64,000 nt of DNA from Sulfurimonadaceae bacterium (GTDB lineage: Bacteria; Campylobacterota; Campylobacteria; Campylobacterales; Sulfurimonadaceae), in assembly GCA_041571435.1 (NCBI GenBank), contig JBFFUI010000002.1, positions 1 through 64,000 of the forward strand. The letters run 5' to 3'. Positions 48,742 to 57,153 of this stretch are shown here, piece by piece (the stretch's first letter is position 1; every line of letters begins with the position of its first letter). Made by a program: the position numbers and the translations under genes. The notes under the pieces were generated by a model. The model did not search any database. It saw only the letters and a program-made list of their open reading frames with translations, and was not told the origin of the DNA.

Positions 48742-50210
48742 CGATAGTACCGCTCTTCAAAGTAGCACTTCCCTTTAGGAAGCCAGGAAGGGATATTGTA
48801 AAACTTCTTACGCTGCACATCGAGGTACTTCGCTTTATAGGTTTCGTAAGAGAAGTTTTCACACTTGGCAAGATAGAAGGTCGCTTTTGCAACCTCGAAT
48901 GTCTCTATCTTGACCGCTTCACAGACATCAGAGAGCTCACTTTCAGCGATAGAACGGTGGTTAAAGATCATGATATCTTTCTTGTCAAGGGTCCGTACAT
49001 CGACCAGGGCATCGTCAAGGCGACCATATTTTGAGTTGTTGAAGAGCATATGTACCTTCATATCGCAATTGTAAGAGACAACAGAAGCCGGTGTATAGCC
49101 CAGTGAAAAGAGGTTTCCACGGTAGGGTTCCAACTCTTTACAGACCTCCTCCGCCTTAACCCCGTAAACGATAGAACTGTAAGATGAGCTCTTTTCAAAA
49201 AGCGACAGTGGGAGCAGCAGTACCGTTACGACGATGAGACCATGCAGCATCGTAAAGATGACGTTATATGTGAAAAGCCGGTTCAGTCGCGCTTCGTCGA
49301 CAAAGACAAACAACAGGTACATGTACGGCACGAAAAGCAAAAACCAGTGCAAACCGACCGTGTTTTTCAGAGAGACGACAAAAAATATCGTTAACGAGAC
49401 ACCCAGGACCGCAGTGATCAGTGTCAGGGTCCTACCGCGCTGAAATCCCGACTTGACCAACATCCAAAGACCCCATGGCGTAAACAGGTACAAGACGATG
49501 CCGAAAAAGACCAAGAGAAGTTCCGGATGGTACTCGGATTTTGGTCGGGCAATGAAGTTGAACATGATGTTGTTCCAACAGCTGTTGTAGTTGAAGTAGA
49601 GGTTTTGTGCAACAAACAAAAGCAGTACCGTTGTCACCAGCAGTATAGGCTTGATCGCTTTTTGTCTGAGCGTAATCAACGCATAGAGATAGAGCGCAAA
49701 GATCAGAAAAACGGCAAAGTACTTGCTCAAAAAAGCCAGGCCGAGGAAAACCCCTGCCCCCAGCGCCCTCTTCCACCACGCTTCTCTCTCCAGGGCACTG
49801 ACAAAAAGATAGGCGCCGATCGTGCCGAAAAAAGCCAGCGCAATGTCGTTGGTAAAGAGCAGCATCAGCATGTCGATGGGACTGGCAAGGAAGATCAAGG
49901 CGACATAAAACGCTTTCTCTTTGGAGACGCTTCTGATGGCAAGAAGATAGATAACATAGGCCATCACAACAGCGCTCATCACGCTGAAAAGTCTGTACAA
50001 GATGACATCATGGCTGATAAAGCGCATCAGGTAGATCAGCCAGCCCACCATTGGCGGGTGGTCATAATAGCCCATCATCAGGTTCTGTCCCCACTTGACA
50101 AAGTAGGCTTCATCCCCCGTAATAGGGAGCATCACAAGGATGACAAGTTTGGTCAGTAGGATCAGCGCAACGGCCAAAAGCGCCTTGCGGTACTTCTGCA
50201 GAAGTGTCAT
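48738..50210 (-). CDS. GT-C (ArnT/GT83/PMT-like) polyprenyl-phosphosugar-dependent glycosyltransferase
   Basis: Multi-TM; DEAYF..WG..L..GYYDHPPM, GLAFLSKY; C-terminal periplasmic domain. Confidence 0.85.
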   Translation of the reverse strand: MTLLQKYRKALLAVALILLTKLVILVMLPITGDEAYFVKWGQNLMMGYYDHPPMVGWLIYLMRFISHDVILYRLFSVMSAVVMAYVIYLLAIRSVSKEKAFYVALIFLASPIDMLMLLFTNDIALAFFGTIGAYLFVSALEREAWWKRALGAGVFLGLAFLSKYFAVFLIFALYLYALITLRQKAIKPILLVTTVLLLFVAQNLYFNYNSCWNNIMFNFIARPKSEYHPELLLVFFGIVLYLFTPWGLWMLVKSGFQRGRTLTLITAVLGVSLTIFFVVSLKNTVGLHWFLLFVPYMYLLFVFVDEARLNRLFTYNVIFTMLHGLIVVTVLLLPLSLFEKSSSYSSIVYGVKAEEVCKELEPYRGNLFSLGYTPASVVSYNCDMKVHMLFNNSKYGRLDDALVDVRTLDKKDIMIFNHRSIAESELSDVCEAVKIETFEVAKATFYLAKCENFSYETYKAKYLDVQRKKFYNIPSWLPKGKCYFEERYYR

Positions 50211-50938
50211 ATACTCATCTTTTTAAACTGGAACTCCGGGATCGTTTTGATGATCAGCATCACCCATCGCCACATCCATCTAGTGTAGAGGACATTTCTG
50301 TTTTTCTGCTGTGCCTTGTAGATATCTTCTGCCACCTCGTCAGGCTGTGCCGTCAGTTTTTCAGGAAGGTCCATCCCTTCGGTCATTTTAGTCGCCACAA
50401 ATCCGGGTTTCACTGTCAAGACATGCACCTGCGCTCCATAGAGCCGGTTTCTAAGCCCTGACAGATACGCCGTAAGCGCCGCTTTTGCTGAGCCGTAGAT
50501 GTAATTGCTCTTGCGACCGCGATCACCGGCCACGGAGCTGATGCCGACGATAAAACCGCTTCTTCTCTGTTCAAAATCATCGGCAACAATATTCAGCAGA
50601 CTTACGACACCGGTATAGTTGGTCTCCATGATGCGCCGGGCTTCATCAAAGTCTGACTGTGCCTTCTCCTGCTCGCCAAGATACCCAATGGCAGAGATGA
50701 TACCCAGCGGCTTCTCTTCGAGCTGTTCATAAAAGGCCTGATGGCTCTGATAGTCCAGGATGTCCAGTTCGACAAGTTTGACAACGCGCTGTGTTCTGAC
50801 CGTCACGTCATTTGCAAATGCCTCCAGCGTATCTGCCTCTCTTGCGGCAAGGTAGAGATCGTAGCCGTGTTTGGCATACTCTCTCGCTGTCGCTTTGGCG
50901 ATGTCACTTTTTGCGCCGATGATCAATATATAGCTCAT
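50207..50938 (-). CDS. SDR oxidoreductase, DprE2-like
   Basis: IGAKSDIA, SSVAGDRGRKSNYIYGSAKA (YxxxK), KPGFVATKMT; adjacent to the DprE1-like gene. Confidence 0.85.
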   Translation of the reverse strand: MSYILIIGAKSDIAKATAREYAKHGYDLYLAAREADTLEAFANDVTVRTQRVVKLVELDILDYQSHQAFYEQLEEKPLGIISAIGYLGEQEKAQSDFDEARRIMETNYTGVVSLLNIVADDFEQRRSGFIVGISSVAGDRGRKSNYIYGSAKAALTAYLSGLRNRLYGAQVHVLTVKPGFVATKMTEGMDLPEKLTAQPDEVAEDIYKAQQKNRNVLYTRWMWRWVMLIIKTIPEFQFKKMSI

Positions 50939-50939
50939 G

Positions 50940-52238
50940 TTATATTCCTACTCGTTTTGATTGTAATGACTGGAACTTGGTCTCCATATTCTGCTCTTTT
51001 CTGTACTCTCTGAAGGTCTCGATCTGCGGGTACCCCTTCTCGAAGGTCTCCTTGGAGACACGAACATCTTTGGTCAGGTAGATACGCCCCTCGTGCTCTA
51101 CAACGATCTCATCAAGCTTGTCGAGAAGCTCGAAAAGCCCCTTCTCTATTTTGAAATCCAGCGCAAGACTGTACCCCTCTATCGGAAAAGAGAGATAGTT
51201 GTCATTGGCCTTGCCGTAGAGTTTAAGCACCGCCAGAAACGACCCCTTGCCCGAGTCAGAGATGGTTTTTAGAATCGCTTCCAACCCTTCATAACTCCGC
51301 TCTTTGGGCAGGATGAACTGGTACTGGGTAAAGCCGTTTTTGCCATAAATGCGGTTCCAATGGCCGATGGCATCGAGCGGATAAAAGAAGGTGTCGATGT
51401 CAACACGCTGTTTGGAGACCCGCTCTTTGACCTTACCGTAGTAGAGCCAGTTGAAGACCCGCACACTGAGGTTGTTCAGTGCAAAGCTCGGAAAGTTGAA
51501 TGGGATGGTGCGCTTGGCACTGTTTTGGTAGTCGAGCTTCCCGTCATCTTTGAAGTCGCCGACCATCAAAAGACATTTACCGATCTGATCACCTTTGGCA
51601 AGGCAGTCGATCCAGGCAACCGAATAGGGCTTATCGCTGTACTCTTCAAAGGCCTCGAAGGTCTCTTTGAGGTTTTTGGTCTTGATGGTGGTCTGCTCTA
51701 TGAATTTGGAGTTGATCTTTTTCAAATAGATCTTGGCATCCACAATGACACCGGTCAGACCCATACCCCCGCAAGTCGCCTTGAACAGTTCGGGCGTCGT
51801 CTCTTTGGAACAGGTGACGATCTCACCGTCGGCCAGCATGATGTTAAATTCCTGCACACATTCGCTGAAACACCCTTCGACATGATGGTTCTTGCCATGG
51901 ACATCGGACGCGATGGCGCCTCCTACCGTGATAAGCTTCGTACCCGGCGTGACTTTGAGGAACCACCCTCTCGGAACGAAAGACTCCAATATCTCGGAAA
52001 GCAGCACGCCGGCCTGTACATGCAGCAGCCCCTGCTCTTCGTCAAAACTGATAAAATAGTCATGCGGTCTGACATAGATGATGTTCTCGTTCAAGGCGCT
52101 GTCACCGTAACTTCTACCGTTGCCAAAGGGTATAAAGCTTGCATCTTCGCTGACGATCTCTTTGAGCGTCTCGACTTTGTCAAACCTGAAGACGCGGTTT
52201 TTGATCTTCGGGTACATTCCCCAGCTCATCAGGCTCAT
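50940..52238 (-). CDS. FAD-linked oxidase, DprE1-like (polyprenylphosphoryl-ribose 2'-oxidase)
   Basis: GNGRSYGD, VTPGTKLITVGGAIASDVHGKNHH, YSVAWID, FFYPLD, WNRIYG..GFTQYQ, SFLAVLK, GRIYLTKD. Confidence 0.9.
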   Translation of the reverse strand: MSLMSWGMYPKIKNRVFRFDKVETLKEIVSEDASFIPFGNGRSYGDSALNENIIYVRPHDYFISFDEEQGLLHVQAGVLLSEILESFVPRGWFLKVTPGTKLITVGGAIASDVHGKNHHVEGCFSECVQEFNIMLADGEIVTCSKETTPELFKATCGGMGLTGVIVDAKIYLKKINSKFIEQTTIKTKNLKETFEAFEEYSDKPYSVAWIDCLAKGDQIGKCLLMVGDFKDDGKLDYQNSAKRTIPFNFPSFALNNLSVRVFNWLYYGKVKERVSKQRVDIDTFFYPLDAIGHWNRIYGKNGFTQYQFILPKERSYEGLEAILKTISDSGKGSFLAVLKLYGKANDNYLSFPIEGYSLALDFKIEKGLFELLDKLDEIVVEHEGRIYLTKDVRVSKETFEKGYPQIETFREYRKEQNMETKFQSLQSKRVGI

Positions 52239-52642
52239 GAAGTCTGCTCCTCTTTATGGATAAAGACATAATGCTTGTCTAAAAAATATTTGATGACGTA
52301 ACCGATACCCAGACCGATGACTGCTCCGAAGTATTTGGCATCCGGATCGTCTAAAAGGGTGTCGAACGCAATCTCCGTTCCCCAGAAAATGACGGTAGTA
52401 AAGACCCCCATAAAGGAATAGAGCACAAACTTTTTGGCATCGTCTTTCTTGTCTTTGGGGGTATGGTAAAAGATAAACTTTTTATCCAGGAGATATTTGG
52501 CGACCAGTCCGGCCAATGTTCCGAACGCCATGGCCACATAAAGTTCACCGACACCCGTATAGAGGAGAAAACTAAAGTACTGAAACAGCAGGTTAAAGAG
52601 TGTTGATATCACCGCAAAGAGCGTGTACTTTATCACTAGCAT
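52235..52642 (-). CDS. GtrA-family polyprenyl-phosphosugar flippase
   Basis: Small four-TM protein with repeated KYxLDK..IF motif; start MLVIKY overlaps the ubiA-like stop. Confidence 0.85.
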   Translation of the reverse strand: MLVIKYTLFAVISTLFNLLFQYFSFLLYTGVGELYVAMAFGTLAGLVAKYLLDKKFIFYHTPKDKKDDAKKFVLYSFMGVFTTVIFWGTEIAFDTLLDDPDAKYFGAVIGLGIGYVIKYFLDKHYVFIHKEEQTS

Positions 52643-53529
52643 CAGTAGAGTATCCATGCAAAAGCGACACCCCAACCGACAATGGTGAGCTGCATAAAAC
52701 GGTCTTTGAGGACGATCTTGGTTGGTGAACCGCTGTCCTGCTGGACAAAGGCGATCTGCATATAGCGAAGAATACCCAGGATGACAAAGAGCGCCGTAAG
52801 ATAGAGATACTCGCTGTGGACCCGTGCCACAACCTCTGCGGATGTCGTATAGATCGTATAGGCGACAATAACGACAGAGGCCATGATCGCCATCGCCGTA
52901 TCGAGGAACTGAAGGTTATAGCCATCGATAACTTTACGCATCTTTTTACCCGTATTTAGATAGATCAATACATCATCGCGACGTTTTGCAAGAGCCATAA
53001 AAAGTGCCAGAAGGAAGGTCATAATGACGATCCACATCGATAGCGGGATCCCGGTTACGGCCGAGCCGATAAACAGGCGCAGTACAAAACCGACGGCAAT
53101 GATCGTGACATCAACGATGGCGACATGCTTCAGGAAAAAGCTGTACGCGACGTTCATAACGACATAAGCTCCAAGAATAGCGGCAGCATTGAAAGAGAGT
53201 GATGTCATCAGCACAAAACCGGTGACTGAGAGCATCACCATCATGACAACCGCTTCTTTTTTTGTGATGGCACCGGACGCCAGCGGCCGGTTTCGTTTTT
53301 TGGGATGTTCTCTGTCCTCTTCGATATCATGATAATCATTCAGACTGTAGATAGCACTTGCGGTCAATGAAAACGCGATAAAGGCAATAAATGCATTAAA
53401 GAGAAGGGTGGTGTCAGTGATCTTTAGCGCAAAGAAAAGAGGAAGAAAGATAAAGAGGTTTTTAATGTACTGATGCGGCCGCATCAACTGAACAATGGCT
53501 GACAGTTTCAATGCTTCTCCTTCTCTCAA
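52642..53529 (-). CDS. UbiA-family polyprenyl-phosphate phosphoribosyltransferase
   Basis: MRPHQYIKNL, YSLNDYHDIEEDREHPKKRNRPLASG, LKHVAIVD, GFVLR, ALAKRR (Rv3806c-like subfamily). Confidence 0.88.
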   Translation of the reverse strand: MREGEALKLSAIVQLMRPHQYIKNLFIFLPLFFALKITDTTLLFNAFIAFIAFSLTASAIYSLNDYHDIEEDREHPKKRNRPLASGAITKKEAVVMMVMLSVTGFVLMTSLSFNAAAILGAYVVMNVAYSFFLKHVAIVDVTIIAVGFVLRLFIGSAVTGIPLSMWIVIMTFLLALFMALAKRRDDVLIYLNTGKKMRKVIDGYNLQFLDTAMAIMASVVIVAYTIYTTSAEVVARVHSEYLYLTALFVILGILRYMQIAFVQQDSGSPTKIVLKDRFMQLTIVGWGVAFAWILY

Positions 53530-53573
53530 AACGGGCTGATGACAAGAAACACCCTATTTATACAAGTCCTATG

Positions 53574-53579
53574 ATTATA
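53574..53579 (-). promoter_or_regulatory. Probable -10 box of the ubiA-gtrA-dprE1-dprE2-GT-HAD operon
   Basis: TATAAT on the minus strand about 45-65 nt upstream of the ubiA-like start. Confidence 0.5.
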
Positions 53580-53708
53580 GTTCTCTTTGACTTATAAATG
53601 CCTTCTCGACAGACGCACAGCCTCTCACTTGAACAGCTTTTGTATTGTTTTTTTTTATATTGTGATCTTTAAAATGATTGTGATTGATGTTTTTTGAATG
53701 TAAGAAAA

Positions 53709-53793
53709 TGGTGCGCACGAGAGGATTTGAACCTCCACACCCGTAAGGCACTACCCCCTCAAGGTAGCGTGTCTACCGTTCCACCACGTGCGC
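53709..53793 (-). tRNA. tRNA-Leu(GAG)
   Basis: GCGCACG...CGTGCGC-ACCA acceptor stem, D-loop TGGTGGAACGGTAGAC, anticodon arm CTACC-TTGAGGG-GGTAG, long variable arm, GGTTCAAATCC T-loop; 85 nt. Confidence 0.97.
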
Positions 53794-53796
53794 AGT

Positions 53797-53826
53797 TAAA
53801 GAAAGATGTCAGCCAAAAAGGCTGAC
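53797..53826 (-). terminator. Terminator-like hairpin after atpE
   Basis: GTCAGCC-TTTTT-GGCTGAC followed by ATCTTTCTTT on the minus strand. Confidence 0.6.
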
Positions 53827-53845
53827 TGAGGGTTACTTAAGTTGA

Positions 53846-54160
53846 TTAACCTAGGTAAGGGTTCGCGTATAGTGCGATAAGCGCGATTACTAGAGTATAG
53901 ATAACCTGTGCTTCGATCATTGCAAGAGCGATGAACATAGTTGTCATAAGCTTTCCGCCTAGACCTGGGTTACGTGCAGTACCAGCGATAGTTGCAGCAG
54001 CAGTGTGACCCATACCGATAGCACCACCAAGTGCAGCAAGACCAAGACCAACACCAGCAGCGATCATAGAATAGGCTTTAAGCGTTTCGTTCACTACTGC
54101 TTCTTCTGCACCAAATGCAGCCGCTGCAAGAGCGATCATCAGGAATACGATTTTTTTCAT
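53846..54160 (-). CDS. atpE: F0F1 ATP synthase subunit c
   Basis: GxGxG helix, ARNP loop, IEAQVIY carboxylate; N-terminal extension as in Campylobacterota; start MKKIVF 54160 behind GGAGA. Confidence 0.97.
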   Translation of the reverse strand: MKKIVFLMIALAAAAFGAEEAVVNETLKAYSMIAAGVGLGLAALGGAIGMGHTAAATIAGTARNPGLGGKLMTTMFIALAMIEAQVIYTLVIALIALYANPYLG

Positions 54161-54181
54161 TATATTTCTCCGTTTTAAAAT

Positions 54182-54266
54182 CAAAGTCCGTTCGGCTAGC
54201 GTAACCTATCTGAATCGATAAGCCAGAGCCACATAAATGCGAGCCCTGTCCCTACTTAACACTTTG
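54182..54266 (-). ncRNA. Structured 5' leader of atpE, riboswitch candidate (resembles DUF1646/Na+ riboswitch core)
   Basis: Starts just after TATAAT (54275-54280); CAAAGU/ACUUUG closing stem, GUU-AAG-UAG...CUA-GCCG-AAC internal loop, two nested hairpins. Confidence 0.6.
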
Positions 54267-54320
54267 TATGCGGAATTATAGTGCGTGGGTTATAAATGTT
54301 TGTTTAAAAGCGGAAATTTT

Positions 54321-56492
54321 TTATTTCGCGCGTCCCAAACTTATCTTGTTGCCCTTGAATTCTAGGATCTCAACCTTGATGTCATCGCCTATGCTGATGA
54401 CATCAGCAACATTCTTAATGTGTTCATCAGAGATCTTTGATATATGCAGCAGACCGTCCACACCGCCTGGCAGTTCGACAAAGGCGCCGAAATCAACGAT
54501 GCGTTTGACCTTACCCTCGATCACATCCCCCACTTGATACTCGGGAACAGCTTCACGCTCTTTCGTCGCGATCTCTTCAATATGTTTACGAGCGGCTTTG
54601 ACCCCCTCACGGCTAGTACCGGAGACTTTGACTTTACCGCCTTTACGGTCGATGTCGACCGCGACTTCGAAACGCTCGATGATCTCGCGGATCGTCTTGC
54701 CCGCCTGACCGATGATCTCACCGACACGAGAGGGGTCAATATGAAAGATAGCGTTGCTTGGCAGATCCTCACTGATCTTGATCTCTTTTTCGGCGTCCAG
54801 CATGATGTCAATGATATGGGCACGGCCTTCTCTGGCCTGATAGAGCGCTTTTTGCAGAACATCGAGAGAGATACCACCCAGCTTGATATCCATCTGCAGT
54901 GCTGAGATCCCCTCTTTTGAACCTGTTACTTTGAAATCCAGATCACCGTCATGATCCTCCAATCCCGTGATATCGGAAAGTATCGCGTAGTCATCCCCTT
55001 CGGAGACCATCCCCATCGCAATACCGGCAACAGTATCGGTCAGTTCAAGATCGCCCGCACGCATTGCCATGTAGCCGCCGCAGACCGTTGCCATGGATGA
55101 AGAACCGTTTGACTCCAGGATCTCGGAGACAAGACGGATCGTATTCGACGGCGACTCCAACGTGCACTCCAAAGCGCGTTTAGCCAGGTTACCGTGACCC
55201 AGTTCTCTTCGTTTAGGTGCCCCCATCGGTGATGCTTCACCGACAGAGAAGCCCGGGAAATTATAGTGCACCATAAAACGTTCACTTTGCTGAGCAGTAT
55301 CGCCCAAGGTCTCATACATCTGTGCATCTTTGTCGCCGCCGAGTGTCAAAACGACCAGAGCCTGTGTCTGACCGCGTGTAAACAGGCACGAGGCATGTGC
55401 CGACGGTAGAACATTGGTCTTGATATCGATAGGACGGATCTCGGTAAGTGTCCGTCCATCTGCACGAATGCCATCTTCTAAAATCGCCTGACGGACCATC
55501 GCTGTTTTCACATTGACAAGTGCCATCTTTACATGTTCTTTGTCCCATTCGCTATGCGTTTCCAGAATAGTGTTACGTATCTCACGCAGTGCATTTGAGC
55601 GTTCACTTTTGGCCATCTGACTGATCGCATCTTTTATCGTATGACTGTATTTCTCACGAATAACCGCTTCGATCTCGTCGGTACCCTCGACTTTATGCAG
55701 CTGCAGTGGCTTAGGTGTTTTGACATACGGTGTAAATGCACTCTCATAGGCTTCATTGGCATTTTTTAACGAGCTTTGCACCTGCGAAAGGATCTCTATA
55801 AAGGCCTCTTCATCCAACAGGTTCGACGTATAGCTCTCAATCGTGTCGACACCCATCGCAGGGTCGATCATCGGATCGACCATTGCCGTGGACAGCAGTT
55901 CAACTTCAACCGAACCCTGTGCTTTCATCTCGATCATCAAAAGATCGTTCTTGCTTCCAGCGACGTAGAGGTCCAGTGTACTTTCGGCAAGTTGCGACAT
56001 GGTAGGATTGATGATCAGCTCCCCTTCGACCTTTGCGACGCGGCACGCCGTCACCGAGTTTTTGATATCGATGTCAGAGATGTAAAGTGCTGCTGAAGCT
56101 GCATTCAGTGCAAGGGTCTGCAGATCAGACTCTTCATCTGCACTAAGGACCATCACCGTGATCTGGATGGGGTTCGTGAACCCTTTAGGAAAGAGAGGAC
56201 GGAGAGAACGGTCGATGATCCGCGATGTCAAGGCCTCGAAATCACTCGGCTTGGTCTCTCGCTTGATATAGCCCCCCGGGAACTTGCCTGCGGCGTATGC
56301 TTTTTCGATATACTGGACGGTCAATGGAAGGAACTCGCCGCCGGCAAACTCGTTTTCATCGATCACGACTGTTGCAAGCAGTACACTTTTGCCGCTTTTC
56401 ATCCAGACAGAGCCATTGGCCTGTCTTGCGACATCGCCCAGGGCATACTCTTCGTTTTTATTATCCAGGTCAATTAACACATTGTAGTCCAT
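54321..56492 (-). CDS. pnp: Polyribonucleotide nucleotidyltransferase
   Basis: ARQANGSV, FLPLTV.Y, SRIIDRSLRPLF, FTRGQTQ, RRELGHG, ESNGSSSMA, KH and S1 domains. Confidence 0.98.
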   Translation of the reverse strand: MDYNVLIDLDNKNEEYALGDVARQANGSVWMKSGKSVLLATVVIDENEFAGGEFLPLTVQYIEKAYAAGKFPGGYIKRETKPSDFEALTSRIIDRSLRPLFPKGFTNPIQITVMVLSADEESDLQTLALNAASAALYISDIDIKNSVTACRVAKVEGELIINPTMSQLAESTLDLYVAGSKNDLLMIEMKAQGSVEVELLSTAMVDPMIDPAMGVDTIESYTSNLLDEEAFIEILSQVQSSLKNANEAYESAFTPYVKTPKPLQLHKVEGTDEIEAVIREKYSHTIKDAISQMAKSERSNALREIRNTILETHSEWDKEHVKMALVNVKTAMVRQAILEDGIRADGRTLTEIRPIDIKTNVLPSAHASCLFTRGQTQALVVLTLGGDKDAQMYETLGDTAQQSERFMVHYNFPGFSVGEASPMGAPKRRELGHGNLAKRALECTLESPSNTIRLVSEILESNGSSSMATVCGGYMAMRAGDLELTDTVAGIAMGMVSEGDDYAILSDITGLEDHDGDLDFKVTGSKEGISALQMDIKLGGISLDVLQKALYQAREGRAHIIDIMLDAEKEIKISEDLPSNAIFHIDPSRVGEIIGQAGKTIREIIERFEVAVDIDRKGGKVKVSGTSREGVKAARKHIEEIATKEREAVPEYQVGDVIEGKVKRIVDFGAFVELPGGVDGLLHISKISDEHIKNVADVISIGDDIKVEILEFKGNKISLGRAK

Positions 56493-56493
56493 C

Positions 56494-57150
56494 TTATTCT
56501 CCTAAGTACTGTGCTATCTGCATATCTGTGATGTCATCAAACAACTCATAATAGCTTCTTGTCTCACCATAATCATTTAAGGATGATACCATGAAAATAT
56601 TGTCGGCCAACGGTTCCAGTGTGTCAAGGAGGTCACTCGGGAGTACAGGCACAGCAAGATAAACCGCTTTTGGGTTCATCGCCAAAACTGTCTTGATCGC
56701 GGCCATCAGCTTCAGGCCGCTCTCTGCACCTTCGTCGACCAGCATAACGGTCTCATCCCGCATATCTTTAAAATGCTTCCCTTTTCGGTATTTGTAGATA
56801 TAACTGAGTATTTTCTCTTCATATTTGCGCGAAGCTTCGCCATAGATGTAGTCATAGGTTATCTCAAAGGCATCTATAAGCCTGTCATTGATAACGATCT
56901 CCTCATGTTCACTGACACGTGCCAGCTCACAATCACTATTTTTTGGTGCATAGATACCGGCTGAGAAGAGAAAGTCCTTCTCCAACTGCATACGGCTGTT
57001 GAAGTGGTGGATGAGTTCAAGCCCGCCGGATGAAACAGCAACCAGATGCCACTTTTCCTGTTTCATCTGCTCAAGAGGCAGCTGTTCTTTCAGTTTTTCG
57101 GCTGCATCGCTGCGATCTTTAAACATATATTTTCTGTTACTCACCTTCAC
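56494..57150 (-). CDS. Phosphoribosyltransferase-family protein
   Basis: FKDRSDA, degenerate PRPP loop LVDEGAESG, LAVPV. Confidence 0.75.
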   Translation of the reverse strand: MKVSNRKYMFKDRSDAAEKLKEQLPLEQMKQEKWHLVAVSSGGLELIHHFNSRMQLEKDFLFSAGIYAPKNSDCELARVSEHEEIVINDRLIDAFEITYDYIYGEASRKYEEKILSYIYKYRKGKHFKDMRDETVMLVDEGAESGLKLMAAIKTVLAMNPKAVYLAVPVLPSDLLDTLEPLADNIFMVSSLNDYGETRSYYELFDDITDMQIAQYLGE

Positions 57151-57153
57151 CCC

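Noticed and set aside
51360-52271. 303-aa plus-strand ORF
   Set aside because: Antisense shadow of the DprE1-like gene
48151-53793. Active genomic island or prophage at tRNA-Leu
   Set aside because: No integrase, transposase or att duplication seen, and composition looks like the flanks
53846-54160. Na+-translocating c subunit, or an unusual orphan atpE
   Set aside because: EAQVIY lacks the Na+ ES/T signature; a detached atpE with an N-terminal extension is normal in Campylobacterota
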